A stretch of 64,000 bases of DNA from Octopus vulgaris (lineage: Eukaryota). The translations under genes and the position numbers were made by a program. Under the pieces are notes generated by a model. That model made no database searches. It worked only from the letters and a program-made list of their open reading frames with translations, and was not told where the DNA came from. Below, piece by piece: positions 54,695-64,000 of the stretch. The stretch's first letter is position 1. Every line of letters begins with the position of its first letter. The stretch is taken from NCBI GenBank assembly GCA_951406725.2, contig OX597815.1:47678001-47742000 (forward strand), written 5' to 3'.

Positions 54695-55179
54695 CATACA
54701 CATACATGTACATAAACACACACACATAATATATAGCAATTCACAAATGCGATCCAAGGGTCCGAGTGTAGTAAGTTTGTAAGCTTCAAGTAGCAGGTGG
54801 ACAGTATACAGCAAATAATGAACAGTATACCATAAGATGCAATAGCAATAAGATGCAATAGCAATTTATGGACATCGGGAGTTTATTGTGCTGTGCTTGC
54901 GTAATGAGCGACAGCTAGTTAAGAAACAAATGTAGCTTACATTTTCCTTGTTCCACACCGTCAATTTGGTATACGTACATGCTTGCATGCATGTATACAT
55001 GTATATATATCGTTATCTTGGTAAAAATAAGGATACGATACTATGTAAATTCTATATGAATATAAATACACCTTGTTTCTGTAATTACTTTAACAGCCTG
55101 TCGTCCTCCATATTTGAGTGGAATGAGTCGTTTCGCTAATATCTCTATCTTTCTCTCTCACTCATTCTTTTAAACTACA

Positions 55180-55216
<37 letters not shown>

Positions 55217-55237
55217 GCGTGTGCGTATGTGTGTGTT

Positions 55238-55268
<31 letters not shown>

Positions 55269-56539
55269 GTACTTCGGTGTCAAGCTACTCACACTCACTT
55301 CTATCAACATTCAATCCCTATATTCCTGTTTACTTGTACCTTGTTTTCCTTCTCTCTATCTCTTTTCTTTCCTTACTGTTTTTCTTTTTCTCTAAGACCT
55401 ACTTTTGTCCTTTTCTGTCCCTTCATTTTTCTTTCTGTCTGTTTGTTTGCCTGTATCTCTCATTATCAACCCGCATTCTCCATTTCGTTTGTCTGTATTA
55501 CTGCTAAGTCGCGTAGATGTATCAAAGGAGATTGACAGAACCATTCTGATTTGATACAGTATCCTTGAGAGATACCGCTGTATCACTGTTACAAACAAGA
55601 ACCCGCTGTGGGTAGAAAGCAGCAGACTATATTTTGTGATGGTAGTACATTTTATTTTTTATTTTAGCCAATCAGTACCAACATTGGCTGAGAAACGATT
55701 ACACTTATTTAATGCATGCATTTTGGCAATCGGTATCGTCTGCTAGTTATTCCACTGTGAAACAACTCAACGAGGAAATTCGACCCGCTTAGACATAATG
55801 TAAAATGTTTCTCATGTCACATCCTACCGTCTTAAAAAGAAATCATTTGTTTACTGCCTAAGGTTGTCACATCTGGATCGTGCTTTGCTGGAACTAAATC
55901 AAAATAAACAACTAACAATTGAGAACATTTAACAAGATATTTTCTGCTATAAGGATACGTATCGTGCCTAATTAAAGAATTTTTGCGTCTTAGATTAGTT
56001 AAGTTTGCATGGGATTGTGTCTTTCTTCCTCAAATCAACCAGACTGAAAATATTGGGGCTCTTCTTGAATTTACATATCCATCTTGCTGTTAGTGTGTTG
56101 TTTAGAAACAGGTCAATCTCGATCAAACTTATTGTAATTAAAGACATTTAACCGTAGCCATCCTCTTTTTTAATCAATCGATCGATTTCTTTCAATCTTT
56201 TCTTTCATTTTTTAAGGCTGTGACTTCAGGGAGATTTAGTTATTTCTTTTGGACTGAGTGACCACGTAGAGCCTTTTACGTATTACCAAAATTTTATAGA
56301 ACTATTCGCCTTTATTGGGTGAATCCCAGATCAATTAGTATGTTTGAACCTTTACATCTTCAAGCCATCTCCATGCAAAGATTTGAATCTCGCATCACAG
56401 GCTGGAGAATTTCTCGTTAGTTACAGTGCTTTGTCTGCTTACATTACTTAACTGTGCCTTTTCATGTGTTTATAATGACTGAACGAAGTTGAGGGTCGTG
56501 GATACACTACAGTGCATTATCTGAGAGCAATACTAAATA

Positions 56540-57789
56540 TAATGCAAAGGTGGGCATATTTTTTTTTATTAATATAGGTGGGCGGTTCAAAGTGCATATG
56601 TTGGTGGAATAAACTTTCCACTTTACAATCTTACTATTCAGCATAGCCTTCTTTACAAGCGGTGCATTTGTCCCATCTTTGAACCCAACACTTGAATCGT
56701 TTTTTGAAAAAGTTCAGGTACGCGCCGTTGGATCCACTTCTTTACAACTATTTTCACCTCGTCTTTGTCATCCAGTCATACACCCTGAAGACTGTCCTTC
56801 ACTGGACCTATAACGTGGAAATCGGATGGGCCAGAGCTGAGCTGTGCAGGAAATGGAGATTCACTGGCCATTCCAATTTGTCGATTTCCTGATGTGTTGC
56901 TATAGATGTGTCTTATTGCACAAATGTAGGTCATTTTCCGGTTCTTCATTCTCTTTTTCAGTATAATTTCTCTAAGCTTTTTGAGTATTTCAATGTACAG
57001 CTCACTGTTCGCGGTACAGCTACGATTAAGAAAATCAAAGAGAATATGAAGTCGGTGTCATCCCTCAAAACAGTCACTATGACTTTCTGCGCCGGCGCTG
57101 GCTCTTGAACTTCTTAGGCCTTGGAGAAGAGGTGTAACAGTATTCCATGGACTACACCTTCATTTCCGGATAATAAAAATACACCTATATTCCATCCCTT
57201 GTCAGAGGATCGGGGCAAAGTAATGTGTCTTTATTGACTTCGGACATTTTACACAGATCAGAACAGACTTCCATCCGCCTTTCTTTCAAACCGTGTGGCA
57301 AAGATCGAGGTACCTGTTTTTCACACACTTTCTGATACCCAAAGTATACTATCTTCTTCTGCAATGCAATGAGACCATTGTCAACTTGCGCAGGAAGCTC
57401 AGATTGTGACTCGTATGTTCGTGCGAATTAAATTGTCCTCTTGCTGGCGATTTATGTCGATAATTACAGCCGATGGACTCCTGCTGCATGGTCTGTCTTT
57501 ATTGCTGGTTCCCTCTTCATTAAACTTCTTCCATCGGCACATATTGCTCTTGACAAAAGAGTTAGTTCTGTAGACTAACTGTCGCCTTCTGTGGACATCG
57601 AACAGTGTTTCTTCAAGAACTTAATGATGACACATTTCTTCTGCTTGTTAAGCATTATCTGCTTGCAATGAAGGAGAGAAAAACAGCAGGAAGAAGAGTT
57701 ACTCTACCAGCTTGTGCAATTTCACCGACTTGTGTCGGTTACAGAAAAAAGTTATGCCCACTTATGCATTACTTTCGATACAACCCGCG
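56540..57789 (-). mobile_element. Near-full-length decayed mariner transposon
   Basis: TIR remnants taatgcaaaggtgggcata and tatgcccacttatgcatta...cccgcg-TA. Minus-strand C-terminus reads PSDFHVIGPVKDSLQG..EVKIVVKKWIQ..QRWDKC..GYAE*. Confidence 0.85.
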
Positions 57790-58154
57790 TATTATTTTGT
57801 AGAGTCCCATTGAGCAAACTGTAGGTTTCCACTCATTAGCAACTGTCGACTGGGGATCACAAATACATGGGCAAGTTCCGACTGATTTACGATCTCCAAG
57901 AGTGCCGAGTAGATGCCATCCGAGTCGACGTCATCCACTTTGGACTACAAGATAGGCCGACTGAAACACATGAGGTCCATGAAAAGGATACTATCTAAAT
58001 TAGTAAACATCTTCAGTATTAGATAGCGAAGTAGGAGCGTGCTACTATGTGGGTCAAAGGAACCAGGATATGCCCTGTTAGCATCAGTGCTGCTCAGCAC
58101 CGGTGGACGGAGTGCTACTGCTGGGTGGAACTGAAATCATCGTGACCTTGGATA

Positions 58155-58495
58155 AAGGTAAAGATCCCCTTCGGTGATGAATGACCACGGAATTGCATCT
58201 TGGAAGTTTCCCTCCGAGCCTTAAGTCTAGGTAAGGTTATTTATGGAAGACTAGCAGACATCCATGCATACCATCTTCCTTCTCCACGCCACCGATGTAA
58301 TCCACGGGAAATGAAAAGGCCAATACAGCTTGGTACCAGTCACATCGCAACTCATTTCTACAACTGAGAGAACTGGAGCAACGTGAAATAAAGTGCCTTG
58401 CTCAAGAACACAACACACAGCCTGGTCAAGGAATGGAACTCACTACCTCATGATTGTGAGACCCACGCCCTAACCACTGAGCTATGCACCTTCAC
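58155..58495 (-). mobile_element. SINE family C
   Basis: Colinear with 26270-26607. Confidence 0.85.
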
Positions 58496-58846
58496 AATGA
58501 TTTTTTGGTCGACAACAGTTTAAGGGAGCGTCAAATTTTTAAAAGGACCTATACCATCGTCATTATCAAAACATGTTTAATGGTCCAGTTGTTGATGTTG
58601 CCGTTTCTTGAGCCGGCTCAATCTTGATAGGACCATGAATCGGTCTTGCGGAGTATTTAAACAACCGTTACCTAACGTAATCTTTTCTAAAGTAATAGGA
58701 TATAATTTGAGAGATATTTAGCTGCTACTTTTAGCATGTCTATTTAGTGCTTAGAAGCTTTCTGATGCATCGTGATGCCATTGTTATTGGTGAACTTTCA
58801 TTTAACAAGATTAAGATCAACAGCGTTTCAGCCGTGATCAAACCGG

Positions 58847-58980
58847 TTCTTCTTCTTCTTCTTCTTCTTCTTCTTCTTCTTCTTCTTCTTCTTCTTCTTC
58901 TTCTTCTTCTTCTTCTTCTTCTTCTTCTTCTTCTTCTTCTTCTTCTTCTTCTTCTTCTTCTTCTTCTTCTTCTTCTTCTT
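58847..58980. repeat. Pure (CTT)n tract
   Basis: Directly visible. Confidence 0.98.
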
Positions 58981-59239
58981 GGATATCATGTCTTCCAACT
59001 TAGATTATCCAATATCACCTTTCTTTAAAACAATAACGGCAGTTTTGAGCGAAATTTGTCGGCTATTTCTAGCAGGTCGAGCAAGAATGTATTGGCATTC
59101 CCGTTGTGTCATAATGCAGCTACTTTTGTTGTCATTGTTATTATTATTGTTGTTTCGCCACAGAATAGAAATAAGCAAATGAACATCCAATCAAAATCCT
59201 CTCAGCGGAACTATCCCACTTTGTTAAAGGTATATAGAC

Positions 59240-59570
59240 CAGGAGTTCTCAGCCATTTTTTAAATCTATGGACCCCTTTGAAATATAATTTTATTCTGGT
59301 GGATCCCCATAGCCATTCGATGTTTAAAAACTAATTTCATAGAGACTTCTTCTAAAATTCTTATTTTGTTATTCACACATTCGCTTGAGTAGGTTGAACT
59401 ATGTAAAACATTAGAGAAAGAAACTGAGCAATTTCTAGCAATAAAACAAAATTTTTTCATGGACACTTAAACTACTACTGTGAGTCCCCAATTTACTATT
59501 TTGTTGAATGGCCCTCCAAAAATTTTATATGGAGCCTCAGGGGCATATGAATCCCGGTTGAGAACCACTG
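59240..59570 (-). mobile_element. hAT/Charlie-type MITE
   Basis: TIR caggagttctcag / ttgagaaccactg; flanks atatagac / atctagag (NTCTAGAN-like). Confidence 0.8.
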
Positions 59571-60084
59571 ATCTAGAGAATATTAATCAACTTCTGGGTA
59601 TGATTTGAAGAAGGATTTGGTTGCTATTTCTAGCAGATCGAGCGGCTACATAGATGCTTGTCGTTGGCTAGTTGTTGTTTTAGGATTGTTTTTGTTTGTT
59701 TGTTTTGGTGGGGTGGGCTTTGTCTTTGTTTGTTTGTTTTGGTGGGGTGGGCTCTAGTTCTGTTCTCTCTCTTTGTTTCTTTATTTTACACATGGAATAA
59801 ATCAGTCTTCCTTCATCCGGGTAATCATTTCTTCTCAAATTTTGATGTAAATACGAAGCAGATGTCGTTTATATCACCACTACCACCACAACCATTACCA
59901 CTACCACCATAATCATAACCCTTACTATCCGCTAACTGACCAGTCCACAAGTTTGTATGTGATCACTCGACCAGCTAGAAATAGCAGAAGAGTCTCCTTT
60001 TAATAGCACCGTTGGTTTTCCGAACAATGGCCATTGACAACAGATAATGTAATTGGTTGTGTGTCAAGAAGTACTAAACGTACT

Positions 60085-60730
<646 letters not shown>

Positions 60731-60934
60731 AATTTTAAAAGAACCGTGTTCTAATTTAGAAACAGTTTTTTTATTACGATTTAGACATTATCAGCTGAGT
60801 AGTTATGTATATGCACTCATGCAAGTATTTGTATGCATATGTATGGTGCAAGCATGCTTGTCATTATACATGTATTCGTTTGTATGCTTTTGGCTTATTT
60901 ATGTGTACATATATACGCCAAAGACAGCAATAAC

Positions 60935-61180
60935 GACTTCAAATTTTGGCATAAGGCCAGTAATTGCGAAGAGATTATATTGATCTCATTGCTTAAGTGA
61001 TGCTTATTTTATAGACCCCAAAAAGATGAAAGGTAAAGTCGACCTTGGCGGAATTTAAAAGTAAGGACCCAGTGCCCAACTGTTACTTATTTCATCGACT
61101 CCGAAAGGATGAAAGACAAAGTCAACCTTGAACTCCGAACGGAGCAACGAGCGAAATACCGCTAAGCATTTCGTCGCCTT
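60935..61180 (-). mobile_element. SINE family B pieces
   Basis: gatgaaaggtaaagtcgaccttggcggaattt; gaaataccgctaagcatttcgtcgcctt. Confidence 0.7.
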
Positions 61181-61231
61181 AATAATAGTTTATACTACTA
61201 CTACTTCTACTGCTACTACTACTACTACTAC

Positions 61232-61318
<87 letters not shown>

Positions 61319-61343
61319 TAACAACAACAACAATAATAATAAT

Positions 61344-61490
61344 AAGTGCAAAATCGACAACACTACCGACAGCGACAAATGCAGAATGTGTGGTGAGAGA
61401 GGTGAAATGGTATGGCACATGGTTAGCGAATGCCTGAAATTGGCACAACGCGAATACAAAAGACGACATGACAATGTGCCAAGAATGATC

Positions 61491-61493
<3 letters not shown>
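61344..61493 (+). pseudogene. R4/Dong LINE fragment: CCHC zinc knuckle and RHD motif
   Basis: KCKIDNTTDSDKCRMCGERGEMVWHMVSECLKLAQREYKRRHDNVPRMIH, embedded between (AAT)n and (ATT)n. Confidence 0.9.
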
Positions 61494-61536
<43 letters not shown>

Positions 61537-61728
61537 GAGTGAAAGAGCAGCATATGCCATCAAAATGACACTGTGGTACAAATATACAAAGCCCAATATA
61601 CCCATCATGACAAGCCGTCTGATAAGAGTATACAGGTATATGCACCACAACCATATGTGCGTGGCATGATGACCTCATATCAAAATAAACAGCACATGAC
61701 CTTGCAGGTTGGGGCCGATTAGAATTTA
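61494..61728 (-). mobile_element. Retroposon 3' end with (AAT)n tail, probably an R4/Dong-type 3'UTR
   Basis: Minus strand ends ...gatggcatatgctgctctttcactc(aat)n. The family assignment is inference. Confidence 0.55.
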
Positions 61729-61789
61729 TCATTATTATTAGTAGAACAGTTAGTACGCCGGGCAAAATTCTTAGTACGCCGGGCAAATA

Positions 61790-64000
61790 AAACCCAAAAG
61801 ACGTAAATGGACACGTGAGGAATACATTTCTATTTTACACGCATACTTCACAGCAGTACTCTACCCAAAAAATGAAAATACAACAACTCATACATATAAA
61901 ATATGGAAGGAAAATAATAGAGATATAGACTTGGATACAGCAATGAACCCTAATAAATTAGCTAACGTACGAAGATACATTCTCAACACAAAAAAATATC
62001 AGAAATAGAAATAGAACACCTAAAAGAAAACATACACCAGGAAAATGTAGATAGAAGCCACACAACAATGCCCAATAATATAAACACTGAAACTGTAAAA
62101 CACGAAGACAAACGCAACATTCCCAACAAACACGATGTAAACAACGAAGGGGAGCCTAATGATTATGATAATATAAAAAATAAAATAATCAAAGAACTGA
62201 AAACCACAGAGCTCAAAATGGACCACCGACCATACCTCCCAAGAATCAAAATAAACGAAATAACAACACCTATTATAAACAGCATAAACCTAGCCGTCAC
62301 TGAACTGATAGCCACTGAATAAAAAAAAAGTGATATCACTGAGCTAAATAACTTAATATACGCAGCAGCCACTGCAGCCACAAAAGAAGCTGGATACTCA
62401 CCCAAACCCGCCCAAACAGGAGTAACACCACCCAAACAAACCCTGTGGATAAATAACATCCAAAACAAAATAAAAAAAATTAGAAAAGACCTGTCGATTC
62501 TTAATGAAATCAGAAAACAATCAACGCTACTGAGCAACAAAAAGAGAACAAAAATACTCCGCAAATATAACATCACAGAGAAAGATTTGCCTGAAATAAG
62601 AGAAAAGCTGAAGCAAGATATCCTTGCCAAAGCACAAAGGATCCGCCGGTACGAGAAACGCCAACGCTTCTTTGAACAAAACAAAAAATTCAACTCCAAC
62701 CCCAAAAAGTTCTACCAAGAACTGGGCAAAAATAAAATAGAAGTCACTGCAGCACCAACGGCAGAAGAATTGGAAGAATTCTGGAGAGAAATATGGTCGG
62801 CGAACGAACCACCAAAAAAAAGGAGTATCAAAATAACAAACTCGGCATCTGAACAACTTTGGACCCCCATAACAACTGAAAAGGTCACCCAGGCACTGCA
62901 AAGACTAAGCAACTGGAAGACACCTGGGCATGACAAGATCCCCAACTTCTGGTTGAAATATCTAACAGGAATGCACAAAAAGCTGGCTGAAAACTTTAAC
63001 AACGTACTAGCAGAGCCAGAGACATTGCCTGAATGGCTCACGAAGGGGAAAACCATCTTAATTCCCAAATCAAATGAAACAGAAAAACCAGAAAACTACA
63101 GACCAATAACCTGCCTCCCTACTATGTTCAAGGCATTTACTGCAGTGATATCACAAAGGCTGAACAAGCACCTGGACGAAAACAAACTGTTCCCAGAAGA
63201 GCAGAAAGGATGCCGCAAAGGCTCATATGGCTGTAAAGATCAACTAATGATTAATAAAGCCATAACTGAAGACAGCCACAGAAAGAAGAAAGGCCTCAGT
63301 ATGGCCTGGATTGACTACAAAAAGGCGTTTGATAGCATCCCCCACACATGGATCCTCGAAACACTAGCCATTAACAAAGTAGCACCAACAATCATAAAAT
63401 TCATAGAACACTCTATGAATAAATGGCAAACAGTCCTACACCTCCAAACAAAAGAGGGACTCATGAAAACCAAAGACATCCCCATTAGAAGAGGAATATT
63501 CCAGGGAGACACGCTCTCTCCACTCCTTTTCTGCTTGGCACTGTCACCTCTATCTGATATGCTAAATAGAACTGGATGCGGATATAAATGTTACGGTAAA
63601 ACGATCAGCCACCTTTTATATATGGATGACCTAAAACTATACGCTGCAAATGACATACAGGTGGAAACACTATTAAAGACAGTTCATGGATTTACCAAAG
63701 AAATAGATATGAAATTTGGATTAGAAAAATGCGCCAAAGTAACCATGAAAAGAGGGAAACTAGTTAAGAGTAACAACATCACACTAGATAAAACCAATGA
63801 AATAAAAGAATTAGACCAAAGCCAAACTTACAAATACTTAGGAATCCATGAACTAGATAAGACACAACACACACAAATGAAAGAGAAAATAAAAAGAATA
63901 TTATAGACGAGTTAGATCAATACTAAACACAGAGCTCAATGCTAAAAACAAGATAATAGGCATCAACACTTTAGCTGTCCCAGTTACAAGTTACAGCTAC
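61790..64000 (+). mobile_element. R4/Dong-clade non-LTR retrotransposon, 5'-truncated, continues beyond the window
   Basis: Myb-like KPKRRKWTREEYISILHAY...NKLANVRRYIL at 61790; frameshift in the A-run near 61993; stop at 62320-62322; RT ORF; frameshift near 63895. Confidence 0.93.
62587..63906 (+). CDS. Reverse transcriptase domain of the R4/Dong LINE (longest open segment of a disrupted ORF)
   Basis: WKTPGHD, NYRPITCL, EEQKGCR, WIDYKKAFDSIPH, GIFQGDTLSPLLF, YMDD (63619-63630) and YKYLG. Confidence 0.93.
   Translation: MPEIREKLKQDILAKAQRIRRYEKRQRFFEQNKKFNSNPKKFYQELGKNKIEVTAAPTAEELEEFWREIWSANEPPKKRSIKITNSASEQLWTPITTEKVTQALQRLSNWKTPGHDKIPNFWLKYLTGMHKKLAENFNNVLAEPETLPEWLTKGKTILIPKSNETEKPENYRPITCLPTMFKAFTAVISQRLNKHLDENKLFPEEQKGCRKGSYGCKDQLMINKAITEDSHRKKKGLSMAWIDYKKAFDSIPHTWILETLAINKVAPTIIKFIEHSMNKWQTVLHLQTKEGLMKTKDIPIRRGIFQGDTLSPLLFCLALSPLSDMLNRTGCGYKCYGKTISHLLYMDDLKLYAANDIQVETLLKTVHGFTKEIDMKFGLEKCAKVTMKRGKLVKSNNITLDKTNEIKELDQSQTYKYLGIHELDKTQHTQMKEKIKRIL

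Noticed and set aside
57795-58150. GC-richer unique-looking stretch
   Set aside because: No ORF or motif recognised; probably an old TE fragment that cannot be classified by eye.

Overview
This is AT-rich, microsatellite-saturated eukaryotic DNA, most likely intronic or intergenic sequence of an octopod cephalopod (inferred from the SINE families and repeat landscape, not verified). Nearly all ORFs in the supplied track are translations of (TA)n, (CA)n, (TATG)n, (GATA)n or (AAT)n tracts. The recognisable content is: a 5'-truncated R4/Dong-clade non-LTR retrotransposon (Myb-like N-terminus and RT) at the right end, plus smaller R4/Dong fragments inside (AAT)n tracts; decayed Tc1 (DD34E, IR/DR), mariner (DD34D) and maT (DD37D) transposons; mariner- and hAT-type MITEs; dozens of tRNA-derived SINEs with interchangeable tails; and one plausible host coding exon (53430-53694). 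The most notable unannotated signal is a set of small non-coding elements of several distinct families carrying type-I hammerhead ribozyme cores (CUGANGA...GAAA-palindrome-UH). They occur either as ~400-bp partial tandem monomers (6272-6807, 9167-9789) or as long fold-back palindromes (7075, 18236, 33271, 43539, 53761), usually beside (TA)n tracts. This fits Penelope-like pseudo-LTR relics or non-LTR retrozymes. All alignments and folds were done by eye.
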